The position numbers and the translations under genes are program-made. This document shows, in pieces, positions 1-13,000 of a stretch of DNA of 64,000 nt. This DNA is from Lama glama (Eukaryota), in NCBI GenBank assembly GCA_028534125.1, contig CM052832.1:10230001-10294000 (forward strand). The letters run 5' to 3'. How positions within the stretch are numbered: the stretch's first letter is position 1; the number at the start of each line of letters is the position of its first letter. The notes under the pieces were generated by a model, which did not search any database, was not told the origin of the DNA, and saw only the letters and a list, made by a program, of their open reading frames with translations.

Positions 1-504
1 TTAGATGATTGAGTTATAAACTATAAAAATTGGTGGGAAGATCATGTTCTGTGGAAGAAAGGCCATCAAACAGATAAAGGCCAAAGACACCAGCTCCAAA
101 AAGGGAAAATAAAAAAAGACGAGAGCTAGGGTCATATACACTCTGGCCATTTCAGTTTCACATGGGAATACCCAAACCACAGTGCAAAGGAGAAATTGAA
201 TCCCACTGCCTTTTGTACTTCTCAAAAGACTCCTTGACTTCTTGGGAGCCATCTTCACATCTGTGCCAAAAGAGGGCAATACCAAAGTACTCGCACTGCC
301 AGCCTTCCTTCAGTAATGACCACTTCTTCATTAGGCCTATGCTTCCATCTCTTAGTGAATCTCACCTTACATAAGATGGAATCAGTTTATCTCCAAGCCT
401 CCCTGGCCTCTGGTCTGGCTCTGGTTCTATTTTCTGCCACAGCTGTGATAATGACTATTAAGAATTAAGAAAGATCTAAGTTTCACGCTTCAGAAACATA
501 GGCT

Positions 505-510
505 TTTATT
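505..510 (-). terminator. Candidate poly(A) signal (AATAAA) of the ADCY10-like gene
   Basis: TTTATT on + at 505-510, about 545 nt downstream of the TAG stop at 1056-1054. Confidence 0.5.
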
Positions 511-1053
511 TTGGCAAAGCTATAGACAGCAGTGACTGTAAGCAGCTAGCATATTTAATATGCACACTACACAATATCTTAAAAAGGAGAATTTGGGACT
601 TTTCTTTGTGTTATACATAATAAAAGAATCATGGTCCCTTCAGATAATTTTTGTTTGTATTAACATATGTATTCTTGAATTTCTTCTTCATCCTTATTCT
701 CCTTGACATCAGCCACTCTGACAAATCCTGAAAGCAGGAACATAAAGAATAATATAAAAACAAAGAATTTCCTTAGCAATTACAAATTTAACTCATGGCC
801 TGGAAAAGAAGATTTGCTGGGCTCTAAAGCAAGAAACTATATTCTTTCCTCTCTTTTTCTTGCCCACATCTTATCATTTACCTTCTTAGATATTACATTG
901 TGATTTCTAAGGCCTTCTTTCTCCCTTAGTGACCAACCAGCTACACCAAGGGAACAATCTATTTAAGCTGGGACCAAGGAGGAACTTTCTATGGCTTAGA
1001 TGCTGAAACAAAGGGCTGAGAGAGGTTGAACAATATAAGGGGTCTCTGTCTGT

Positions 1054-4000
1054 CTAGGCTGGGTCCAGCTCTGTGAAAGAATGACAGTTACCTCTGGAGC
1101 AAGGACTAATCCTCATATCTGCACATCCTTTCTTATTTGGAGTTGTAGCCTTTGACTGCTGTGAGTAAGAATCTGAGACTGTTCTTTGTCTCTCAGACAA
1201 GGGTTCCAGGAATGGATGCTTACTCTGTATTCCTAAATTTCCTTCAAAGGAGTTATTTTCCTCCAGGAATTCTCCTTCTATCCAAATCCTGGTAAAGCAG
1301 GTGTCAAAAGGTCTGATGGACTCTCTCCTTCCATATCTCATTACAGAGGCTTTAAGCTCAGAGACCCACTGGTGATAGACAGGGCAGGTCACACATCGAG
1401 AGAAGAACTCCTTAATGTACTGAAAGGAAAGGAAGGTCCATTAGCTCAGGGATTACTTTCTTTCCTCCACTCCACCCCACTCCATTACAACAGTCCACAC
1501 TCAGTATACTCATTCAGGGATGGAGGAATAGAAAGGAGTTATTGATGGCAAAGCAGGCCCCCCAAATCGGTTTTGAGATACAGAGAAACTGGAATGTCTT
1601 AGACTCAGAAAGCACTGGCTGTGGGGAGATGTCAAATGACAGACTGAGACAGAAGTGGTCCTTTGAGAAGGGCTAAATGTTAATGTTTTAATGGTATTGG
1701 GAGTTGCTATGCAAAGTCAGAAAGTTAAGGAATCCAGTCCTGATGTACATGCAAGAATATCTGGGAGGAAACATGAGGTAGGTGAAAAGACTTTCTAGGT
1801 AGAGGGAAAAAAAGGGTTCAAGGAGGAAAAAGAGACAGAGGCAGCAAGGAGAAGGGTAAGGGAGGGCGGCAGGTGGCAGAAATAGTACCACAGGGTCAAA
1901 GTATAACTTAGGTGTCAGTTGATGAACAAGAGAGACAGGTACCTTGAGGGCCTGGTGGTGAGTCTCTGAGGGAGTATGCTTGAAGACACCCTCTGGTATT
2001 TTCTGTAACATTAGCACATGGCACTCAAGGAATCGGACAAAGCCATGTGAACCAAATAGTGAAGCATTGGTTCTTTTCACCAGCTGGCGAGCCCTGGAGA
2101 AGTGGTGCTCAAACAGATTCCACTGCGAGTCCTGGGCAAACCTGGAGGGAAAGAATCACAGCTCTCAGCTCTCTCCCCTGCTTATCAACCATGGCTTTTC
2201 AATAGAGCCGTCACTTCTTTAAGGCCCTATGACCTCCTGGACAGTCAGAATTGTGATTCTGGTAAGTGACCAAGGCTGCTAACTCACATGTAAGGAGACT
2301 AAAAAGGAGACCAACGATATTCAGACTTACCATGTCTTATCTAGCACTTAAATGTAACCCTAAACTTGGCCCTTAAACTATAATCCAAACATGTTAAGGG
2401 ACAAAAAGAACCCTTTCCATAAGATGAGGGGAAAATGGGAGGTGAATGGTCTTTAGAAGTGGGTTAGAGATGTGAAATAGTCCTGCCTGGGAGGGCAAAA
2501 GGCAATAGCTTAAATGACACCATGGTGTCCTCAAATTTCTACCCTTTCCAATAGCCCTAAGTAAGACTCTGGTACCCCACATTACCACATGGCCAGAGAG
2601 GCGTGGACCCCCAACATGACATTGCTCTGAGAAGTTAGAATGCAGCTGTGCTCATAGTGCTGAATGAAACGCAGACATTCCCCAAAGGGCCGACACAGCC
2701 ATCCTGTGGACAGAGAAAAAAAACAGGCCAGTATAAGTTGTCATGTAGGAAGTGTTACAGAAGGTGTGTGGTACAGGGGAGGAGAAACACCCGAAAGGCA
2801 GACACCCCTGAATCACAACTTGGTTCCTAGACTTCAAGGAACCAGCCACGCCCAAGGGACAGGCTCATGACTGCCTTTCTGCTAAACCTAGGGCCCTCCC
2901 TGAGGCCTGAACCCCTTAGGAGCACAGCAGAGCCCTGCACAAGATTTACCTTCTCCGTAGAGCAGCAGATCTAAGCAAGCAGAATAGAAGCAGGCCAGGC
3001 CAAGGACATCATGACCCTGGGAAATGAGCGCCCACTGACTCTCCAGCACATGGACACACAGATCAAATCTGCCGAGAGACAGAGCCACTGGGACCAGCTA
3101 GAGAATGGGGATGATGGTACAGGAGAGGAGGGGATCTTACACCTTCAAAGCAGCTTAATAAGCTCTAGATCTCCTCTCCTTAACTCTACTTATACGGAGA
3201 GCATGTGTGTGGGATCAGACTTGTCTCCAAGCAAAGGAAATGGGAAAATGCCTCTGAGACAATGCCCAGGGTCTTGAGCTATGGCAGTTACCTACCTCCC
3301 CAGAGAAAAGTGGAAAAAAAAGGTTTATGTAGTAACTTAGACTCTGCATTTCCACTCCTGACTCCCCACACTAAAGAAATGCTTCCTGGAGTGAACAGAA
3401 CTATGGAAATGGAACAGCATCCCCGTCTCCACTCCAAACTTCTCTGGAAGATCGTACCCTCCCCTCCCCTCTTAGGCAACAAATACAAAGGACAGAAAGT
3501 GATCTTAATACTTCTTCTTCAGAAATGCAGATCTGAAGAGAACTGAGAGAATTAGATTCTCCAGAGCTGGTTTCTTGAAGTGTCTGCATATCTCATGAGC
3601 TTGAAAACCTAAGGAGGTTAAAGAGTATTGTTTGATCTCTAGTGGTGAACCTGGCCTCTTTAAAAGCCCCAGGCCCACCAGCCCCAGGCCCCATTACCCA
3701 GCTTGATGGAGAAGTCAAGATGGCCGAGGCAGAGCTTGGTGTAGGCCAAGGCCTGCATGAGCTGGGCTGTGGCCAACAATCCCTCCCTGGAGAACCAACA
3801 CAGGGTGCTTTTCTGAATGGCCATCTGCTCACAGTGCAGCCACTTCTCCCTGTCACCCATGTTCTGGGAGAGCTGGGAGAGGGCCACATAGGTAGAGACA
3901 ACCTGTGGGGCAACAAACACGGGCAGAATATTCTGACTGTCCAGTCACGCCACATTTCCACCTCATCCCTTTCCTGCACGAGAGCCCACTGCACGCCTTG

Positions 4001-7000
4001 CTGCTCCCTCAGTGAGCACTCCTGGGGTCTCCACCACTCACCTCATCACCGGTTATGAAAACAGGCTCCTTCTCACCCCTCCACATCTAATTTGATCATT
4101 CTCACTGCCTGTTCTTTAAGCAAACCACTTTCTCTACCTATCCCTCTTCTTTTTCTCCAATCCAAGACTTTCCCCTTCAAAATGCTGGCCAAACTGTACC
4201 TCTTTTATGTTTTCTCTAATTAAGGCCTCTGATTCTTGCTCCTCAGAGGTCTTCAGAACTGCCGCCTAGATCTCTGTCATCAGTTACACACAAATTTGAC
4301 ACCGCTGATGACATTCTTCTTGAAACACTGACTTCATTAGGTTTCCAATAGGATGATAGTATTAAAATATAAGTAGACTCTGTCACTCCTCAGAACCCAC
4401 TGACGGCTTCTCATCTTCTTCAGAGTAAAAACCAAAACCCCTTCAGTGGTCTACAAGGCCTGCACCGTCTGCCACCCCACCCCCAACCCCAGACTCTCTG
4501 ACTCATCTCCTGGCTCTTCTTCTCTCCTCCCTCCTCTCTAGTCACACGAGCCTCCTGCCTGTTCCTCAGACACAGAGGGCATGCCTTGTGCACTCTCTCT
4601 GCCCTCTTCCTGTTCACTCTTCCCCGGATAGCCATATGACTTACTCTCTCATCTCCTTCAGATATTTGCCCAGATGTCACCTGCTCCGGGAAGGCTTTCC
4701 CTACCACCTTATTTAAACTTGTACCCTCCAGCTTCCAGAACTCCATGTCCTCCTGCCTCCACTTAGTTTTCCCTCATTGCATTTATTATCACCTAACACA
4801 CTATATATTTCACTTATCTATTGTCTGTTTCCCTGGAACCAAGGTCAGTCCCTGGCACAGAAGGGGCGTTCATCAAATATTTGTTGATCAGATGGATAAA
4901 AGAGAGATACAGACAGATGGACACTAAAATTAGGAAGACGCATTTCCCTTTCTTCTTTTTACCTAAGTCAGCAACTCCAACCCTTTTTTTAGATCATGGA
5001 CTTCTTTGAGAATCTGATGAAAGCTCTGACCCCTTCTCTACCTCCCATCACTCCCTGGATGCTCTTTTGAACATACACACAAAAGTCGACATTCAGTTCA
5101 GAGTTCACAGATAGCCTCGCACCTGGAAGCCCATCAATAAACTGCAGATTGAGAACCCTGCTCAAACAACACGATCAGCAGTGTCCTGTTAAGTCTGGGT
5201 TACTATGGAACCATGCTTAACCAGGGACTTAGCAGGGTCCTCTCCCTAACATTTTAGGTTTCTGACTGAGGTCCATAGGTAAAACAAGGACTTGCTTACC
5301 TGGGCTTCACTGGCAAACTCCTTGGCTGAATTCTTCTGCATAAGAGTGGCCAGGCAGGCAAACCTGCGGCTGCTGGCTGTGGCCTCCAGGTTGTAGAGCT
5401 GCCAGAGCAAGGAGAGGCAGTGCACCCGCTGCTGCAGGACTGCCAGCTTCTTCTTACTGGTGTGAAGCACAGGTGGTTAGCCTGCCCTTATTCTTCACCA
5501 GTGTCCTCTGTCCCTCCCCACAAGAAATCTGAATCTACCTATCCACAGACTTTCAGACTAGAAAGGTTCCTGGAATCCCACTACTTCTAACCCCATATGC
5601 CTTTTAAATTCATCCCTCTTGACCAGGAAAAAAGTTAAGAGATGTTTTTAAAAAGGTTCACTCTCTGAATTGTTACTTTGGTTGAATATATTTCCTATGA
5701 ATTATTATACCTCAGTAACTAGGGAGCAATTTAATATTATGTATATGTCAGAGAAATAATATTAAATTGCTATTTTATGTGTATATGTACACACAATACA
5801 CATATATGTATCTTTATTTGAAAGAGACAGGATAATACCACACTCCAAAAACAAAGTCCTCATTTTGCTACACTGAATTGGCCGGGAGAGTAAGGTAAAC
5901 GAACTGGAACTGTTATATGCCTGAAAGGAGGAGTCTCTTTATTTCAAATAGGCAACGCCAGGCCGGGCCCTAGATTAGTTCTCTGTGGCCCTAAATGGAA
6001 CCAGGGCAAGTTGACCAGGCTTCTCACTTCTCACTAGTGTTGTTCAAAGGTTGGCTCTGGGAACAGGAACGCCAGTATTTTTCTAGGAATGTTTGGAAAA
6101 TGACACCAAACCAGGTCCAAGGGAAGCTCCTTTTTAGCAGTCGAAGGGCTTGCCTAGCCAATTTTTTGGCCAAGGTGATCTGGCCCATGTTGAAACAGAC
6201 CTGGAGATGGGAAAAAGACAAACAGCGATGCAAATGTGGGAGGAGTGCAAGAGTCTGGATACGACACACTGGCTTTTATTTTGGGAAGTGTACTTGAGGC
6301 CACTGTGGTGCTCGAGTGAGCTGAGTTAGAACAGAGCCTGGCTACACAAACAAGCACCAGTAGGGCCATGAGCAAGCAAAAAAGTGAGAAAACAGAAGCC
6401 ACTCTCTTTTCTCATCTCCCACACATTTGTCAGTGAGCAGGTGAGGAAGTCTGTGATAAAGTGATGCTGCCAGACTCTGATGGGATTGTCATTTGCACAG
6501 AGACTAAGATGTTTCAGATGCAATGAAAGCATCTGAGATATCACCTAATCCTGTATCTCACTTCATAAACAGGTTGTACTGCCATAGTGCATGTAGGGGT
6601 AGGAGCTGAGAAACCACTTTGAAGTTATCATGTACCTTCATGTTCTAAGGCTAAATCAACCAAAAAAGTGATAAAGTCCAAGGTGATTTCAGTACAATCT
6701 TGGGAAGACTGCACAATAATTCTTTTTTTATAAAGAGAAAGAAATAATTATTTCACTTTGCTTCAAAGACCTTTTGTTTGAAATATAAATAATGCAATAC
6801 TGTGGACAACTCTAGTAATCCCTTTGGTGTTTAAAGACATTGTACACATTAGGTTTATTCTCCTAATCAGGGTATCTTGAGGTTTACATTGAAATTAGTT
6901 TTTATTTACTTTTTTTTAATTTTAAAGCTCAGCTCTGTAACAAAACACCCTCATGGTTTTAGGGAGTCTTTATTTATAAATTGATAAATAATTATTCCAA

Positions 7001-10000
7001 CACATTTTGTTCTGTTGGATTTAACAGGAATGAGGCTGGGAGAAGTTGCTGAGTTGTCCTGAGTTATTCATACAGAATAAATACATTTACTCCTATGTGT
7101 TCTTTGAAAATGGAATGTCTCATGGCATGCTTTCCCCAGAATTTCTATTCATTATACAAATCTCATTCTCTGAGGAAATTTGTTATAAATGATATAGAAT
7201 GATATACAAGGCATATTATTTATTTATTTTTAAAGCAAGTAGTAGAATGGAGTATAGAAAGCTCCTATTTGTATATAACAAAGGAAGAGGGGAGATTGTA
7301 TGCATTTATGTATGCTAAGCCCCTCTGGTAGAAAACAAAGATATATAACCTTGAGGAGGGGACACAGCAGCTTAGAGATGGGGTAGGGAGGAGACTTTGA
7401 AATGTATGTTCCTTTTTTCTTTCTAGCTTTACTGAGATATAGCTGACATATAACATTGTTTAAGGGGTACAATGTGAAAATTATTTTTATGTAACTGACA
7501 TAGAACCTTCTGTTAGTTTTAGTAATACAACATAATGATTCAACATTATGTATATGCTGGAAAATTATCACCATAATGAGATTAATTAAATTCTGGCACC
7601 ACACAGTTACATTTTTTTTCTTGTGATGAGAACTTTTAAGATCTACACTCTTAACAACTTTCAAATATACAATACTGAATTGTTAACTACAGTCACATGC
7701 TGTACATCACATCCCCAAAACTTATAACTGGAAGTTTATACCTTCTGACCATCTTCACCCATTTTGTCCACTCCCCCATACTCGAAAATTAGTTTATATA
7801 CACTCTGATGAGAAAAGTACATGAAAAGGTAATTCACAGAAATAAATGACCAATAAACATATAAAAAAAGTACCTTATTAATTAAGAAATATACATTAAA
7901 ATATAATTATCATTTACGGATTAGCAAGTACAAAGAAGACTTATAATATTTGATGTTGGTAGGGATGCGAAGAAATGGGAAGAACTCAAATTGACACAAT
8001 ATTCTGCCAGACAATTTGGCAACATATTTATTAAATATATTCATATCTTCTGCTTTAGCATTTCCACCTCTGGAAATTTCTCTTACAGAAACACTCTCAC
8101 AAGGGAGTAAAGAGATATTTATGAGAATATTCACTGTACCAATGTTTATAATAACCAAAAATTAGAGATAACTTAAATGTGCATGTAGAAAGGAATGATT
8201 AAATAAATTTGACATATGGATACAATGTAGTATTGGCAGCTACAACTACGATTGGATATATGCCAATATGTGAATATGTTCAATCTGCATTATTAGGAAT
8301 AAAAGTCAGCTGCAGAAGAAAGAATACAGAATATGATTCTATTTGTAAAAAATGGAAAACAATAATGATATGACTGTATGTGTACAGCTGGTGGAATTTG
8401 CACTACATTATTAACTACACTAGGGGTGACATGGGATTAGTAAGAGCTCTTTCACTCTACATATAGTTCTGTTTTGAATTTGTATAACCTTTTATCACAT
8501 TTATCATCACACACAAAAAACAAAGAGATTTTAAAAGAAATAACAAAGTAACCCTCAAGGGAAAATAACCCAAACTTCAACGTCATCCCTCATCCTCACC
8601 TCTGATCGAAGACGGCAGAAAGTGGCCTCCTCAAACTGACAGATCTTCACCTTGTGCTTTTTCAAATATGAGAATGCTGAGGGTCGGCCCAGAAGACTGC
8701 TTGCCTTCCTCAAATAAAAGAAGGCCTCCAAACAAGACACGAGATGGAGTAACTGGATTAGGATTCGGATGCTGCTAGGCACGCGCTTAGGGTGAAGGTT
8801 GGATCAAGGTTTCGGCAAGTTTGAACTGGGGCTGGATTTAGTTAGAAATGGGGACTAAATGGACTACGCATGCAGGAGTCAGGGACAGCGCCGACAGCAC
8901 GTGCTGCTCCTTCGCTACCGCATTCCCACTTCATGTTTTCTCCTAGGCCCATTACAGCTCCTTTCTCCCATTTTCCTCCACTTTTCATTCCAGGCTACTT
9001 GACAGTAAGAAATCCTAACAAATTCCCTCAGTCACTTGGCTCAGATCAGGGGCAGAGAGCAGAGCTTGCTCACCATATAATTATCTGACAGGTCCAAGGA
9101 GGCAGCAGCAGCCTCCAGCAGGTAATAAAATGCACACGTGGTTTCTCCAATGACCAAGCAGTGCTGGGTGAGGGGTGAGAGCACTAACTTCAGGATCTCA
9201 TCACAGTGGCAGGGCTTTGTGGTCAACATATCTTTCTCCGGGTTGGTCTGAGCCAGTCTCCGGTTCACTTGATCCAGGAACTCTTCCTCTGTTCTTTGTG
9301 AGAGAAGATGAAGAGCTGAGAGAGGCCACAAAGCAGACACTCTTGCCGGACCATTACCAGGTCTCAAAGCCACTCTGTCCAGGAAGCTTTCCTTTATAAC
9401 TGACTAATTCTATGTCTATCCTTCTCCTCAATCACTCCGTAAGTTTTTGAAAGTCAGGGACCTGATCTATAACGGCAAAGCCCTATTAGGGAGTTTTAAA
9501 AACCCAAAGCCAATCTAAGTATCTCACAAACTAAATGGGGAAATGACCATATCTGAAGAGTAAATTAAACAGTATTCCACGAAAACATAAAAAATGATAC
9601 AAAGCAGTAAATAATACATTTCTCTATTAGCACATTTGAATTCTGTCATGGCACTTTGAATATTATTTTACACAATGTTACCATCTTATCCTACAATAAC
9701 CTTGCCATTCAGGCAGCCAAATTTACCTTTTACAGATGAAGAAATTGAGGCTCAGAGAGTGTAAGTGACTTATATACGACCTCACAGCTACCATGTAGAA
9801 CCAAAACTGGAATTCACCTCTCTAGCTATTAATCCAGTGTACTTTCCACAGGCACCGTGAGTTCAAAAGAGGGCTGATCTCTCTGAGACACAATGATTGA
9901 AAAAAAGTGGGAACTGAGGAGGGCTCTGAAGGATGGTGAACACTCTGATAAGTGGAAGAATGTGGATGCCACTGAGTATTTTTAAAAGGGAGAACTGTGT

Positions 10001-13000
10001 GAGCAAAGATAAAAGGTAAGTGTAGGGGTGATTTGTGTGGAATATAGATTTTTGTTTGAAAACTGTAAGAAATCAGGTTGGATAAATGGGATAGGAAACT
10101 CTAGAGTGGCTGATGGGTTCAAGGTAGCGACATTTAAAATTGATAAGACATTAGAAAGTCAGGTGGTTCATGGTTATGGAAATAAAGTCATTTTAATATC
10201 ATCTGGGTTCAAAAGTAATTGAGAAGGCAAATTTATAGCTGAAAAAAAAATCTGTATGTACAAAGCATTTGAGAGTAATTAAAGTTTTTCTCTAGCTCTA
10301 AGAAATAATTTCCCTACAAAGAATCAAAAATTGCCTTTCTGATTCTCTGTTAGCTTGAATTTGGGGCCAAGCACAAGAGTCACCACTCCTAGATGGTCAG
10401 CTGCCTTCCCTGTCTGCAGGTAAGGTGAATACCCTAGTTAAATGATCATCTGTGGCTCACTTTCTGGCCCCCTTCATGCCCACTCTCAGCATCTCCATCT
10501 ACCTGTAGTGTTCATTTGTGAAGGTCTCCTGACTTCTGGGTGATTTTGTCTGGAACTGAAAACTATCTGTAGGGAAAAAAAGATGATTATCTTTAATTAT
10601 CCATGCCTGGTATTAACTGAGAACATTCAAAATTCCTGACTCTATTTCCTTTGCAGCTTAGTTCATGAGCTAATTGCCTCCCTCATTATAAAAATGGTAA
10701 GTTTGGGTTTACTATTAGCCTTACACACAAAATTAGGGTGCTAATTTTTTTTCTTAAAGGCAACTATTTGTGATTCAAATGGTAACTTCTTTCATTCGCA
10801 AACCTCCCAAACCAATTCCTAATTCTGTTTGCAAAAGAAAAGAATAAAGAATGTGTCCATCTGGCTTGATGGCTAATTCTAATAGTAAAAATCCATGAAT
10901 ATATATGGATCAGGTTTATGAACAGATGGGAGTGAACCACAGAGCCTAAGACCTAGTGAAGAAAATCGTGAAGGCACAAGATGCCACAGTTCACCAGTCA
11001 GTGGGGGTTTTCAGTGGGCCAGTGGGGGTTTTCAGCTTTACCTAGCTGGCCTTAAATACACTTTATCCTCCAGATTTGACTCTTCCTCTGCATCTGTCTT
11101 CTGATCAAAAAGCAAAGACTGGGAATGATGTGGAGATGTTACCTATTAGGACTCAGCAACACAGGAGGTGGGATTGAAAAGAAGTCCAAGAGAACCGTTA
11201 TAGGGAGGACTTGTGTTAAATAAAAGAACTGGTTCTCTGATTATTTAATGATGTCTCATAAGGTAAAGTAAGGCTAAGGTAACTAAGGAAACTGGAACTT
11301 GGCAGCACCACTGCAATGCACAATTCCCAGGGCACCATCCTATCGCAGCCTGTGAACAGCACCCTCCAGGTGTAGGCAGTACCTGTTTTGCATGGCCATG
11401 CACAGAGGCCCTGGGTCTGGGAAGCCTCCTCAGGGTTCGGCTGTGCTGGAAATGTCTTAAGCCTCTCACACCCAGATTGACTAGGCTGTCTAATCTAAAG
11501 CTGACACTGACCTCTTAAAAACAAAAGGTCATATAGGAAATATGAATGATAATGTGATTTCTTCATAACACCAACCGGGACATTCACTGTTGCTTTCCTT
11601 TTTCCCCTCAGAAAGTACAAAAGTGCAAATGCCCACAGAGCTCATCAGCCAGTGACCAATTTCTCCAAGTCACTGGTCCACCTTCATAGAGTCATTAAGA
11701 ATGTTACAGCTAGATGAGGTATTAGGATCATAGGTCAACACCTTCATTTTGGTCCTTTACCACCACCAATTTATCATCTCTCCCATATCCCTCTCCCCTG
11801 CCAACACCAACACCAACTCTTCTTCTGTCAAAGTAGAAAAAGAGACCATTTCGCTGGGTCTTGATAGCTGTCTTCAAATATGAAAGAAGGTACAACTCTG
11901 AAAAAATGCGTGAAAAAGTTGCCAGATGGTAGATTTCACCTGCATGAAAGCAGCTTTCTGACAGCTACTGACAATGAAATGGGCTGTCCTACAACATAAG
12001 CTAACTGAAAATGTTAAAACAAAGAGGAGGAACTCTTACCTGGGATGTGGTAGAAGGATTACAGGTTTGGGAGACTATCTATCCACTAACGAGTCTTCTT
12101 TAAGTAGCTAGCTCTTACTTATCTTTCAAATCTCACTTCTGGCATCATCTCCTTCAGGGGAGAGTCCTATCTTACTCCTTTCTCAGGCTGGGCTAACAGC
12201 CCTTTCTCGATGTACCCAATCCCTACATAGTCTATTTTCATCACCTTTACCATACCATATTGGAATTCTTTATTTATATGTCTGCATCACCCCCAAAAAA
12301 CTGATAATTTTATTTCGTATTCTTACAACAGTATCTGATACACACAAAGACTCCACGTACGTGTACTGAGCTGAATAGTTACTGAGCTGAATAATTATAA
12401 AAACAGTAACGAAAGTGTACTGAGCACTAACCATGTGCTTGGCACTATTCAAAGCCCTTTATAAATTTTAACTCATTTAGTCCTCACGACAATCCTATGA
12501 AATTGGTATTACTATTTTCCTCAATTAATTGAGGTTAAGTAACGTGCCCAAGATTGCCAGCCAAAACAAGTATGATCTCTACAGTTCCTTTTACCTTTGA
12601 GATTATATTTTTCTTATTTCTGGCATTTCAGGGATAAATGGCTCTTTCCACCTATTTTTCTCCCTTAATCTGATTTCACCTTTTAGATGAAGAGCTCCAA
12701 GTACATGAATAAGAAGTGCTACCCACACGTCCCCTGTCTGCCTCCTGGATTTACCTTGGGGAGAAGGCAGCTGCAATTTGTCTATGATCACTCGTGTTAG
12801 TATTGAGCCAGTATCTCTGTAGCTACAGAATCGGGAGGTCCCACTGGAACTCTTAGTAGAACAGATGGCAAAACGGTGGAAGGGGACAAAGTCGCCCCCC
12901 TGACAGCTCCCACAGCGGCAGGCCAAATCTTGAAGAAAGCAGGCACATTCCAGGTGCAGGGCTACCTGCTGTGCCTTGGGCCACAGCTCCCAAGCTGCTT

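Noticed and set aside
1-285. ORF 1..285 (LVLPSF...) as the homolog of the last ADCY10 exon
   Set aside because: Only a few residues of resemblance, an in-frame stop just upstream, no convincing acceptor, and it lies past the AATAAA at 510-505
10999-11035. Short tandem duplications (cagtgggggttttcag x2; also ~17420-17450 and ~58249-58283)
   Set aside because: Two-copy slippage events, not an array; no CRISPR-like repeat-spacer structure in this eukaryotic window
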